Shown here one piece after another: positions 1 to 12,342 of a stretch of 64,000 nt of DNA. The stretch covers positions 1,674,001 to 1,738,000 of the forward strand of contig NC_092674.1 of NCBI RefSeq assembly GCF_964355755.1. Reading direction: 5' to 3'. A model generated the notes under the pieces. The model was given only the letters and a program-made list of their open reading frames with translations. It had not been told where the DNA came from and made no database searches. The DNA comes from Antedon mediterranea (lineage: Eukaryota > Animalia > Echinodermata). Position numbers and translations under genes: made by a program. How positions within the stretch are numbered: position 1 is the first letter of the stretch; each line of letters begins with the position of its first letter.

Positions 1-2024
1 GAAACATAACAAAAACAAATGATTAGTACTGTGTATACTGTAATACATGAAGAATACAGCACATTTAAACCATCATACTGACTATGAAATACTACTATTT
101 ATCTACTGTACTACCGTACTGCATGTATTGGACGATTATATGTACGATTTATTAGATTAAGTTTTTTTTTTGCCATGGATATATTATGTCATCATTGTAT
201 TCCTCAATTCCTATATGATGATTATTGTTTTTTGAATAAATAGAATTTTGTTTGGAGTTGGTTCACTGTTTATGTCACCAACATCGAAAACTTTACCCCA
301 TACAAAAAATAAAATATTTAAAAAACTTCGAACATTATCACAAAACATTAAAAAAAATTTCCAGGAAAACCCTGAACTTCTTCATAGACCAAACAAAGAG
401 ATTTATAACTTCTTCATAGACCAAACAATGAGATTTATAAAATATTTATTAATGGAACAGTTAAAAAGTATTTTGTAAAAAAAATTAAATATAATTTATT
501 TCACACACAAAAGACATTAAATTTATTTTTTCTCTCTATCACGTTGAAGCAGAATAAGCAATCTATTATCACGTCAACAGCCTGAGCTTGTCGAATATTT
601 AAAAAGTTGAAAGGGTCAAGCAAGGATATAAGCAATCTGTCACTTATCAATTATGAATTTCATAACAATTTTGAAGGTTATTAATTGAACAAATAACAAT
701 TTTGAAAATGGAAAAAAAAAACCGGATTATAGTGTAGTAAAATCAGTAACAGTTATGCACAATACATTGTTTATTGTAAATTCGGAAATAAAATTAAACA
801 AATATTTTATTTTATCTACAGTAAAATCATCTTGATTGTTTCGTGATGATACTGATAACTCAAGTATAGTATCAGATGTTGGATAAAACAAAACTAGAAA
901 TTCAAACAATATTCAAGTTTTCAAAATCTAGAAAAGTGAGATCAGAACACACCCTTTAAGGACTAAGGATAGGACCATTTCTGATTTTAAAACTTTTCTT
1001 ATTATTTTAATTTTTAAACTTTACAATTAAACAATCATAGTCAGTCTATTTAAACTCACTATCATCAATACCATTGTAGTATTTACAGGGTATTTTGATT
1101 TTCAACTTTTTAATTGTTTGCTACACAATATAGAAATTGATCAGCAATTTTACTGCAAATTCGTTATGTTCTCTGCCTGATAAACAAAATCTAATATAGT
1201 TTATATTTTATTCAGCATTGTTGAAATATGTAGCCATCTGCTGTTCATTCCTTTACTACAATGTGGTTTGGGATTAATGCTAGCATAGAGACAACCTAAA
1301 AGCTTTTCCACAAATTGACAAGTATCGCCTAAATCCTTCTGGAATTGCAATGACTTCAATAAAAGAGTTGGTTGGAGACCGACGGGGCTCAAATGAGCCA
1401 AGAAACTTATTCGGCTTTGTGTCGCCAGAACACATTCATTAAAAATGAGTGGGGTATACAACATAATAGTTGTCTTTACATCGCGCTGGGATGCGCTTTG
1501 TTGCTCTAGAAATCCGTAGGATTTTAAAATTAGAATAGAATTTAAATGCATTTTTTTTACATTTTTAAAATACATAATTTAAGTGCATTCAACAGTTATA
1601 ATAAACTGCAAAGGTACTTACTGTAATGTGTATTCAATGCTGATAGTAATAAACTGCAAAGGTACTTAATATGTATTCAATGCTGATACTACAGACATTT
1701 TAATATTCCTAGTGAAATAGTTTTCGTCACCAAAATGTTGACCTAACTTACAGTATAAGACTGTTATCATTTTAATCGCATGCTCAAACATGTCATATCA
1801 ATTCATTGTCAACTGTACATGCTTGGTCATACAGTAGCCACCAGGATGGTTGGTAAAGGTTTCAACCTGACCACTTTTTGGCAAAGGCCTTGATGACCCT
1901 ATGGCCTGTACAGGGGATTGCTCCCTACTTGTTGCTACAACTTTAATGTGCCCAAATATCACACTTCTTTGTCAAAATAGTTTGATAGTGTAGACAGAGC
2001 TTAAGAATGTTTAATAGTTTGATA

Positions 2025-2825
2025 TAGACTTGCCCCAAGTCTGTATTATCTTCTTTTTTTTATTTATTTGTTTTTATTTTGAACCGCGATTTTTGTCTGA
2101 AAATACAGACTTGTGAAACACGTATAGAAATCGATTTGCAGACCGCAAACATACGATAAGAATGACGTAGGTTATCATACCGCATTTGGCTATATGGGGC
2201 GGTATGTAAATATGGATTTCGAATCAACCAATAATCATTTTGTTTCAAAATGAAAGAGATCGTCGCGTAGGCCTACCAGTGCTTAATGTACGATCGAGAC
2301 TGTTGAAATATAAAATAGTAATGCCAAGTTGTTTTGTTTATTAATTCTTTAGTCCTTGGCCTAGGCCTCTTTCGTAGGTCCTACTCAACTCGCACGTATG
2401 ACCTGCCAAATAAAACGCCAATGAAGTAGGCCTACATACCACCGGCACACAACAGGGCTACACCACCACACAGAACAGGACAGGGTCTGGGTGGGAATTA
2501 AATCAAAATTATCTCCGCGTAATAAATGATCCATTCAATGTATGTTTGATTTGCGGAGAAGCTAGCCTATCATATATCAAGACGAGTTTTCATGTTTCAA
2601 AGATCCCATCAAATGTTTACCAGACTACTAGGCATATAAAATAATTTCTAGCCTTCAGAACTTTCATAAATGTACCCAAGTACACATTGTCTAAACGTAT
2701 CATAGCGCATGTTTCCCCAGACGGAGTATCCAAAATCAAGTAGTATACGTATGAAACGCCATATGTGCCAAAATATTTATCTTTTAACTAATATTAAGAC
2801 AAAACTCCGTCTGGAACCCAGACTA
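2025..2825. mobile_element. Non-autonomous DNA transposon with TAG...CTA termini and 9-bp TSD (AcademH-like or Mutator-like)
   Basis: Flanked by the direct repeat AGTTTGATA (2016-2024 and 2826-2834). It starts TAGACTTG-ccc-CAAGTCT and ends GTCTGG-aac-CCAGACTA, a mini-hairpin at each end. The interior is CpG-rich with no credible ORF. A related 3' end occurs at about 4540-4604. Confidence 0.6.
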
Positions 2826-3529
2826 AGTTTGATAGTGTAGACAGAGCTTAAGAATGTTTTGGCTATATTTCTCTATTGTATCTACAGGACTTCAAGTAAA
2901 GTAATAATTCAATGAATGAAGTAGTAATCATTAACAACGGGCTAAACATTGCAATGATATCTCAATTCCCACATCAGGGACTTGAAGTCGCTTGTTTTGA
3001 CTAATAAGGTCGATCAACTCAAACAAACCCAAAAACTAACGAGGCAAACAGAAATTAAAGGAAATCTGAATAGATTGTTCATCTCAACACAAACTCATGC
3101 GTAAACTGGTTGCCAAGATGAGTAGGAGATAGGGGTCATTAGGCGGCGGCATAGGTCCATGCACTGGGTAAGGGTAGCAAAGCACCACACAAATCATCAT
3201 ATGACACTTACAGTAATAGTGGCTCCTCTGTATGCTAGTTTGTATCTTTCTGGGTTAATTAAATGTGCATGGTATGATAAGCTAAGGGTATTGATGATAA
3301 GCTAAGGGTATTAAATGTCAATAAAATCAATCAGTCAAGTTTGCAATCAGTGAACGAACTACTTCCAACCCTAGAACATGCTCTACCTTATTATTATATT
3401 AGAAATGGAAAAAAAATGAAATCAACCAATCAAAATTTCAAGAATATATTTATTTTGTTATTAAGACCTTTCTATACCTGTACAGTATTAAGACCTTGGA
3501 CTACAGTAATTAATAAACATTTTAATAGC

Positions 3530-3668
3530 AATGTATTTGATGTGCCCAAATATGGTAGTAATATGCCAAAATATGGTAGTGATATGATATCATCATGTCC
3601 ATACAGTATATGGGCACACCAATTTTATTGGCACATAAAGTTTGAATGATAGTGTAGACAGAGCTTAG
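3530..3668. mobile_element. MITE family A copy, partial (PIF/Harbinger, Tourist-like)
   Basis: Has the internal gatgtgcccaaatatggtagt repeats and the right terminus gatagtgtagacagagctta shared with the full copies listed below. Confidence 0.7.
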
Positions 3669-6048
3669 TCACAAAATGTTAAAACTGATTTTATAGCCTT
3701 ATCATTAAAAATAGTCGAGTAGTGTAGTTGCACAAAGCTAAAACCCAATGAAATATGTCGAGCCGCTCAAATACGAGAACAATACCAATCAATTTATGAT
3801 CATGACTAGTCCACTGACTATACTGAATACACTTTTCAATAACTTGTAAAACCAACACCAAAGTGTTAGAATTAGATGGGAACGGCTAAATATCTACAGC
3901 TCAGGATATGTAGTAAATTCACATCAGTGTATCAAAACAATTGTTTGTGTAGAAATGGGAGGTTTATTACACAGAGAATAAAATAAGATTAAATAGGGAT
4001 TAAATTGGGATTAAATAGGTGATTAACTGTGATTACCTATAGCAATTAATCCAATCCTAATCAGCAAGTTCACTAGTAACTTTAATACCATTCTCATAAT
4101 TTCTCAAAAATCTATTTTTCATGTTTTTTTTAATACTGTAATCAATGCAATATATTTAATTTTAAGTTCATTTTATTATTATTGTTCATACTTACTAAAC
4201 TACATACAATATTGTCAATTTACTATGCCAAGAAACCATGACGTGATCATATCTAAAATGATATTTTTACTGTGTGTTGCATCATAAATATCACGTCACA
4301 CAAATGGAAGATTAAATGTACAGTATTGATATTAAAGTGATTAATTAAATTATAGAGATTTTGCCATATGTTAGTAGGCAGTACTACGTGAGGAATGGGG
4401 GCACACACACCAGAATTTATTAACATTGTGGTGCTAAAAATAGGTTGAGTCAAAGATATCATTCATAACTATGCAAACACAATAGTAAAGTCAATATATT
4501 AATGGAAATAAGATTGCGATTAAAATCCAATAGCTGCACACGATGTGCCAAAATGTTTTTATCAATATTGAGCCAAATCGCCGTCTAGAACTGATTATAG
4601 ACTAAGATCAATCATGTTTACAGTTCTTGGCCAACAGTTTTCGGATTCATCTTTCTAAAAATTATTTTTCCAGCCATGTCAATTATAATTTCACACCCTA
4701 GCCCCACCCACTTAAAAATATCCTGCCTGCTGGATACAGAATTGCACAGATTAAAAAACAAATTGAAAGAGTAACTCCTTCAGTTTTAACATTCTGATTA
4801 CTATCAACAGCTAGCATTGAAAAACAGGATGAAAGAATTAATTGGATAAATGATTGAACATGTTTATATTCAAATAAATGTCTCTTTTAACTAATACCAA
4901 TGTGCTAACAACTGTTTCACTTTTTAACATTACAGGGATGTAATTGTCTTGGGCGGATAAAGAATGAAGTTTTTCCACTCAGCCTAAAGCATTTTTCAAG
5001 GCTTTTAAATTCTAGCCAGCTTAGCCTTATCATATGTACAGTAGCTACTGTGTTTTTGGTGCCAATATTATGCCAATCATCTGCATCTCTTACAGTACTT
5101 GTCATTCCCTTCAGTTGCCTTCCTTCAATTCAAGCTCTATAATTTTTGGGTCATCTTTGGGGTCATCTTCCACATATTTATAATACTCCTCCATCGTTTA
5201 ATGTTAAAGTGTTAAGTTCGTCCTCCACCAATGTGCTAAAACAAGAGTCCTAAATTGGAAACTTTTAGCCAAAAAAGGATTTTCCTTTTATATGTCATTG
5301 TCAGCTACAGTAAAAATTGTATTCAAATTTTAACCTATCCTGAGCTACAAAAACATTATTTACCAAACAAAGTACCGTAATGAATGTGAAATAATTGTCT
5401 CCCCGAAGCAATTCAGATTTAAACTACTGTATAATATCAGAAAACCCTCAACTCCCCAGGAATAAATACCAATGTAAAATGCTTGGAATTAAATTTCTAT
5501 ACAAAGTTTGAACTTGAGAACAGAGCGAACTATCAAGTTGCAACTTAAGATGAATAGCGGACTTAAAAGTCCCCTTTGGGTTGTACCATTCTTTTGTTGT
5601 TTACCCACCTGTACAATAAATGGTATATTCAAAGTAAATTCATATTTTGATTATAATTAGGACTTCCGTTGAGACATTACTCAGTCTATATGCCTATCAA
5701 ACAAACCCAAGTATCAATTACTGATTTTTGTATTATTTACGAAACCATTACTGCACATTTGTAAGATAGAACGTTGATAATATGAACAGAGCTGTAGGTC
5801 ATTATAACACTTGGGTATTAACCGTTAACAGAGAAATAGAAATACAACAAAGACATGTTAAGTTTAAGTTGGGTACAGTATACTTAACAGACTTGCAGGC
5901 TATCTACAGACTTTTTTAATATTGTAAGTAAGGGCAAAAAATATACCCCATTTGTTTTTGCCTTAAAATATTATTTTATCTGTAGATAGTGTTAAACATC
6001 ACTTAATATCTTAACTCCCCAGATATGCGAGCTACCTTGGCAATATAA

Positions 6049-6266
6049 TTGTCGTATTCGATTGGGAACTTTCGTTGTCAACGTAAAGATCATTCGTTGA
6101 GTACTTTTTGTATTCGAATTGTAAATTTGTGCTCAACAGAAAGTCATTCGAATAGAAAACGTTGACAACGAAAGCTTTTTCGTTAAGAACAATCTCAACG
6201 CTCAAAATACTCCGTTAAAAAGTACTCAACGGAAAAACTACTCAACGGTCCACTCGAATACGACAA
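6049..6266. mobile_element. MITE with 17-bp TIR
   Basis: TTGTCGTATTCGATTGG at 6049 is the reverse complement (1 mismatch) of CCACTCGAATACGACAA ending at 6266. Internal cgttga/tcaacg motifs repeat in inverted orientation. Confidence 0.65.
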
Positions 6267-7777
6267 ATGTTAATAATGTACAGTATATTCAACAGAACAT
6301 GAGGAAGCTCTTTGGCCCAACCTCAAGTTCTCATGCCACGCACCTAATATTTTGGTTTTTTATCAATCTCAAATTTTTCTTTCAAATTACTTGAAAACTT
6401 CATAATCATATTCTATTCTAATTGTTTATCACCAATCCTACAATGTAAACTTAAAAGTACTGTATGTGTGTTAATGAATTAAATTAGGAACGTTTCAAGC
6501 CAACATTTCAGCTCTGGACGTTTCATCGCAATTTAGCAATAATTATTTTTTAGGATTGGAGACAGGGGGATGGCATCTTAATTGAGAAATCTCAAGTCAG
6601 CAGAAACCTCAATCTTGACAGCATGTTCACAACATTTAATCTTTAATTTTACCTACCGGTACCTGTGGAATGAGTCTACAGGTCGAGTCTTTATTCATCT
6701 ATACTTTAGTTGATGGTTTAAATTTTTGTAAAAAAAACTTTAATTCTACTAGGCTAGTAGGCCTAGCTACTAAACTATTATCACGATCCATTCATGCATA
6801 GACCATACCATTAATTATTTATTAAGTCAGATCATGCTAAAAATATAATTAATATGCTAATAACATATACTAGGCCTATAATACTCAATAGGCCTATATA
6901 ATTATAGCCTAGCTAGCCTATAATGTAGCTAGGAGCACGAAATAGGAATCGATTCGCGTATAGACGTATAATATTGGAATCAGCACATACGTTAAAGGGT
7001 AGATCTAATACTGTACCGAAGCCCACACTCGACTGAGTACTTTCCTTTTTTAGCACAACCACAGCAGGGGGAAACTACCTACCGACCACCAAAAGGCAGT
7101 TCAGTAGGCTAAGCAGGACTCCGGGCCCTGTTAGTTAGAGAGCGTATATATAATAATCAGTATCATCACACTTACTTGAACATTTTCTGTCATACATTTT
7201 GCTTTACATTGACTTGACAAAATCCCTCCATATGAGCAAGAAATACATAAAATGAATAAAGAACAAACAGCTAAAATATTTATATCCATTGTGAACTCTG
7301 TAAATATGCAAAATCGGCCGAAAACTACATTATTTCACTTTTTAGCAGGCAGTGTACCGCGCATACCTCTACAGTCGACACTCTACAAGTAAATCTGAAA
7401 TCTAATGAAGCGTGACGAATGGACCAACTTACAGAGGTTTGTCCTTATTGGTTGTAATTAATGAGTGCATCTACTTTTATTGTTTATGAAAGAGGGCGGC
7501 TTTCTTGTAGCAATCTAATATCGCAACCAATGATTTTAAACTTCTTTTTTTCAATTAATTTCAACATAGTCTTTTGTTTTACTAAAATTTCGAGTTTACA
7601 TTCCAAAATAAGTCCACTCTTTAGTTTTCAAAAGTAATCCTGAAAAGATCAGCATCTTGGAAAAAAGCTCATCTTGAAAAGAAGCCCACACAACAAGAGT
7701 ACTAAAATTAAAAAAGGTCATGGGCTTCTTATCGAGATTTTACAGTAGTAAATATATATTATATTTATAACTTTTTA

Positions 7778-8220
7778 CTATGTCAACATTTTGGCATAGC
7801 TATGTCGAAATTTTTGATTCAACAAAAATGAAGATTATTATTGAAAAATAAAATAAAAATTGAATTTATGCTGAAATTAATAAAAGAGAATACATCAAAA
7901 CAAAAGATTATTGTTACATATATTTATTGTTTTTACTTAAAATACATACATATAATACAGTTTAAAATGGTATTTTGATCACAAACATGCCAAAATGGCA
8001 GGTACTGTCTAAAAAATCCCATTAGAGTATTGCGGTGGTAATAGCAAATTACAACATTTACAGCATTCATTTCGATAAGAAGCTGCTTTTCTTTTACTCA
8101 CTATTATGTCAAATTGAAAAAAACAAAAACTATGTCAAATTTTGACACGGCTAATAAAGTATGGTTCTTCTTCTCTATATTTTTTGACAAAAATGAAATT
8201 GTTGAACAATAGAATAAAAT
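7778..8220. repeat. Degenerate AT-rich repeat (about 370-bp unit); second copy at about 16560-16935
   Basis: Shared blocks aatacagtttaaaatggtatttt, catttacagcattcatttcga, aattgaaaaaacaaaa and aaaacaaaagatt...tatttattgtttttactt. Block order is circularly permuted between the two loci. Confidence 0.6.
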
Positions 8221-8625
8221 AACTAGATTTGAACTCGTCACGATGGACGAGTTAAGTTATCCGCCACGCAAATACCACGTGCACGCCATACGTTAGAATA
8301 TTGCGCACAGAAAAACGATTATGCCATGGTGACCTGAAGAAAATAAAATGTTGTTAGTGTGCTCTTCATTTGTGTCTAAGTATATATACAGTATACACTT
8401 TATACTGTATACATACTACATACAGTGCAGCATAGATAAAAATAACATCATAACAGAAAGTTAGCAAAGTTTCAATTCAAAATGTTATTTCGTTTTCGAC
8501 CTATGTTAAAAACGCGAAACTCATAAAATCGAACATAAGTCGCGTTGCGCAATTGTAAACGTCATGAAAATGTTAGCTGCACAACTTCACGTGAATGAGT
8601 TATCCCACCTAGTGCGGATAACTAA
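8221..8625 (-). mobile_element. Helentron-associated non-autonomous element (HINE/DINE-1-like)
   Basis: On the minus strand: 5' subterminal repeat AGTTATCCGC (8614-8623) within a short hairpin, a central (TACA/TATA)n-like tract, 3' subterminal inverted repeat GCGGATAACT (8255-8264), hairpin AACTCGTC-6-GACGAGTT and a CTAGT end, inserted in a T-rich site. Confidence 0.6.
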
Positions 8626-9460
8626 AAAGAAGAAGATGATGATGATGTGTGTATTTTCAAATGTGTTTTAATATTCCCATTCCGGTTAAATTTCTTCCCA
8701 CAATGTTCACATTCATATGCTGTCTCTTCTGTGTGTATTCTTAAATGTGTTTTTAAATTCCCACTTTCTCTGAATTTCTTTCCACAATGCTCACATTCAT
8801 ATGGCGTCTCTCCTGTGTGTATTCTCAAATGTGTTTTTATATTCCCACTGTCTCTGAATTTCTTCCCACAATGTTCACATGCATATGGTGTTTCTCCTGT
8901 GTGTATTCTCAAATGCATTTTCAAATCCCCATTTTGTTCAAATTCCTTCCCACAATGTTCACATTCATATGGTGTCTCTCTCCTGTGTGTATTTTCAAAT
9001 GCATTTTAAATCCCCATTTTGTTCAAATTCCTTCCCACAATGTTCACATTCATATGGTGTCTCTCTCCTGTGTGTATTTTCAAATGCATTTTAAATCCCC
9101 ACTTTTTCAAAATTTCTTCCCACAATGTTCACATTCATATGGTGTCTCTCCTGTGTGTATTCTCAAATGCATTTTTAAATCCCTGTTTTGTTTAAATTTC
9201 TTCCCACAATGTTCACATTCATATGGTGTCTCTCCTGTGTGTATTTTCAAATGCGTGTTCAAATTTTCACTATTTTTAAATTTCTTCCCACAATGTTCAC
9301 ATTCATATGGTGTCTCTCCTGTGTGTATTTTCAAATGCGTGTTCAAATTTTCACTATTTTTAAATTTCTTCCCACAATGTTCACATTCATATGGTGTCTC
9401 TCCTGTGTGCATTTTTAAATCCCCATTTTGTTTAAATTTCTTCCCACAATGTTCATTCAT
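8622..9460 (-). pseudogene. Frameshifted distal part of the ZF-A array (about 10 more fingers)
   Basis: The same 84-bp units continue in shifting frames (ORFs 9107-9460 and 8622-8924), with indels at about 9455, 9410 (12-bp in-frame), 9105, 9065, 9005 and 8980. These could be real decay or long-read errors. Confidence 0.7.
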
Positions 9461-11873
9461 ATGGTGTCTCTCCTGTGTGTATTTTCAAATGCGTGTTCAA
9501 ATTCCGACTATTTTTAAATTTCTTCCCACAATGTTCACATTCATATGGTGTCTCTCCTGTGTGCATTCTCAAATGCATTTTCAAATACCCACTCTTTTTA
9601 AATTTCTTCCCACAATGTTCACATTCATATGATGTCTCTCCTGTGTGTATTCTCAAATGTCTTTTCAAATTCCCATTCCGGTTGAATTCCTTCCCACAAT
9701 GTTCACATTCATATGGTGTCTCTCCTGTGTGTATTTTCAAATGCATTTTTAAATCCCCATGTTGTTTAAATTCCTTCCCACAATGTTCACATTCATATGG
9801 TGTTTCTCCTGTGTGTATTCTCAAATGCGTGTTCAAATTCCCACTATTTTTGAATTTCTTTCCACAATGTTCACATTCATATGGTGTCTCTCCTGTGTGT
9901 ATTCTCAAATGCATTTTCAAATCCCCATTTTGTTTGAATTTCTTCCCACAATATTCACATTCATATGGTGTCTCTCCTGTGTGTATTCTCAAATGTGCTT
10001 TCAAACTCCCAATCTGGTTGAATTTCTTCCCACAATGCTCACATTGATATGGTGTCTCTCCTGTGTGTATTCTTAAATGTGTTTTCAAACTCCCATTCCG
10101 GTTGAATTTCTTCCCACAATACTCACATTCATATGGTGTCTCTCCTGTGTGTATTCTCAAATGTGTTTTTAAATTCGCACTTTCTCTGAATTTCTTCCCA
10201 CAATGTTCACATTCATATGGTGTTTCTCCTGTGTGTATTCTCAAATGAATTTTCAAATCCCCATTTTGTTTAAATGTCTTCCCACAATGTTCACATTCAT
10301 ATGGTGTCTCTCCTGTGTGTATTCTCAAATGTCTTTTCAAACTCCCATTCCGGTTGAATTTCTTCCCACAATGCTCACATTCATATGGTGTCTCTCCTGT
10401 GTGTATTCTCAAATGTGTTTTCAAACTCCCATTTCGTTTGAATTTCTTTCCACAATGTTCACATTCATATGGTGTCTCTCCTGTGTGTATTCTCAAATGT
10501 GCTTTCAAACTCCCATTTCGTTTGAATTTCTTTCCATAATGTTCACATTCATATGGTGTCTCTCCTGTGTGTATTCTCAAATGTGTTTTCAAATTCCCAC
10601 TTGCTTTAAATTTCTTCCCACAATGTTTACATTCATATGGTGTTTCTCCTGTGTGTATTCTCAAATGCTTCTTCAAATTCCAACTTTCTCTGAATTTCTT
10701 CCCACAACAATGTTCACATTCGTATGGTGTCTCTCCTGTACGTATTCTCGAATGTCTTTTCAAATGCCCACTTACTTTAAATTTCTTCCCACAACGCTCA
10801 CATTGATATGGTGTGTCTCCCGTGTGTATTTTCAAATGTGTTTTCAAACGCACACTTTGTTTAAATTTCTTCCCACAATGTTCACATTCATATGGTGTCT
10901 CTCCTGTGTGTATTCTCAAATGAGTTTCCAAATGCTCATTCCGGTTAAATTTCTTCCCACAATGTTCACATTCATATGGTGTCTCTCCTGTGTGTATTCT
11001 CAGATGTCTTTTCAAACTCCAAATTTGTTTAAATGTCTTCCCACAATGTTCACATTGATATGGTGTCTCTCCTGTGTGTATTCTCAAATGAGTTTCCAAA
11101 TGCTCATTCCGGTTAAATTTCTTCCCACAATGTTCACATTCATATGGTTTCTCTCCTGTGTGTATTCTCAAATGTCTTTTCAAATGCGAACTTGCTTTAC
11201 ATTTCTTCCCACAATGTTCACATTCATATGGCGTCTCTCCTGTGTGTATTCTCAAATGTATTTTCAAATTCCCAATCTGGTAGAATTTCTTCCCACAATG
11301 CTCACATTGATATGGTGTCTCTCCCGTGTGTATTTTCAAATGTGTTTTCAAACGCACACTTTGTTTAAATTTTTTCCCACAATGTTCACATTCATATGGT
11401 GTCTCTCCTGTGTGTATTCTCAGATGTGTTTTCAAACTCCCACTTTGTTTAAATTTCTTTCCACATTGTTCACATTCATATGGTGTCTGTCCTGTGTGTA
11501 TTCTCAAATGTGTTTTCAAATTCCAACTTACTTTAAATTTCTTTCCACAATGCTCACATTCATATGGTGTTTCTCCTGTGTGTATTCTCAAATGTCTTTT
11601 CAAATGCCCACTATCTTTAAATTTCATCCCACAATGTTCACATTCATATGGTGTCTCTCCTGTGTGTATTCTCAAATGTGTTTTCAAATTCCCACTATTT
11701 TTAAATTTCTTCCCACAACGTTCACATTCATATGGTGTCTCTCCCGTGTGTATTCTCAAATGGGTTACACATTTGTTAAACTCTTCTGTCCGAGAATGTG
11801 TATGTATTCCTAAATGTAACTTTAAATCATTGAACTCAAATTTATCTCCACAGTGCTCACATTTAAATTTCAT
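9453..11873 (-). CDS. Tandem C2H2 zinc-finger array protein (ZF-A): 806 aa, 27 array fingers plus an N-terminal degenerate finger
   Basis: ORF of 28-aa repeats YECEHCGKKFxxxxxLKxHLRIHTGETP. The N-terminus MKFKCEHCGDKFEFNDLKLHLGIHT is nearly identical to the paralog at 22591. The ORF ends at a 2-bp deletion (gttcattcat vs gttcacattcat, about 9455). Confidence 0.85.
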   Translation of the reverse strand: MKFKCEHCGDKFEFNDLKLHLGIHTHSRTEEFNKCVTHLRIHTGETPYECERCGKKFKNSGNLKTHLRIHTGETPYECEHCGMKFKDSGHLKRHLRIHTGETPYECEHCGKKFKVSWNLKTHLRIHTGQTPYECEQCGKKFKQSGSLKTHLRIHTGETPYECEHCGKKFKQSVRLKTHLKIHTGETPYQCEHCGKKFYQIGNLKIHLRIHTGETPYECEHCGKKCKASSHLKRHLRIHTGEKPYECEHCGKKFNRNEHLETHLRIHTGETPYQCEHCGKTFKQIWSLKRHLRIHTGETPYECEHCGKKFNRNEHLETHLRIHTGETPYECEHCGKKFKQSVRLKTHLKIHTGDTPYQCERCGKKFKVSGHLKRHSRIRTGETPYECEHCCGKKFRESWNLKKHLRIHTGETPYECKHCGKKFKASGNLKTHLRIHTGETPYECEHYGKKFKRNGSLKAHLRIHTGETPYECEHCGKKFKRNGSLKTHLRIHTGETPYECEHCGKKFNRNGSLKRHLRIHTGETPYECEHCGKTFKQNGDLKIHLRIHTGETPYECEHCGKKFRESANLKTHLRIHTGETPYECEYCGKKFNRNGSLKTHLRIHTGETPYQCEHCGKKFNQIGSLKAHLRIHTGETPYECEYCGKKFKQNGDLKMHLRIHTGETPYECEHCGKKFKNSGNLNTHLRIHTGETPYECEHCGKEFKQHGDLKMHLKIHTGETPYECEHCGKEFNRNGNLKRHLRIHTGETSYECEHCGKKFKKSGYLKMHLRMHTGETPYECEHCGKKFKNSRNLNTHLKIHTGETPYE

Positions 11874-12342
11874 GTTTGTTGGTTTTACTGTACTAGCAAC
11901 ATATTAATTATTATACACGCGAGTCATACAGTACTTGACATATTATCTCTAGGAACTAGTCATATACCTAGGCATAGAGTACTACTTCGTAAAGGCTATA
12001 TATAGTAGATCCTAGTTTACTACTACTACTACTAGAAGTACAGGCCTAGCCTACTAGTACAGTACTACTCCGCCGATCAGACTCCTGCCGCCGTTAACCC
12101 TCCGGGGCGGTAGGCCAGGCCTAGGTAGGCTAGCTAGCTAGACCTGTGTTTTATGATAACAATGATATCAAGTACACGTTTACTAACATGCTCTAGTAGT
12201 AAATTTATATATATATATATACATATATAAACATTCTGTATATTCTTTCTTAGCTTTCCAGAAACAATTTAAAATCAATTAAACTACTGTTATTAGACTT
12301 TTCATTGGTTCTGAATTAAACGCGTCAATTGTTCCTCAATTA

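Noticed and set aside
376-1690. Two-copy local duplications (about 32 bp at 376-440 and about 45 bp at 1600-1688)
   Set aside because: Ordinary slippage duplications with no further structure.
248-5105. Short ORFs at 248-478, 727-909, 1201-1575, 3341-3649, 4253-4462 and 4917-5105
   Set aside because: No recognisable domain or consistent splice chain, and one overlaps a MITE.
6990-7165. Possible SINE/LINE tail fragments here and at about 1830-1950 and 28490-28720, and small degraded MITEs at about 28120-28230, 31228-31316 and 37495-37632
   Set aside because: Too degraded to define boundaries or family by eye.
8647-11907. Long plus-strand ORFs (e.g. 10203-11813, 536 aa) and the minus-strand ORFs at 22798-24671
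   Set aside because: Antisense and alternate-frame shadows of the 84-bp zinc-finger repeats.
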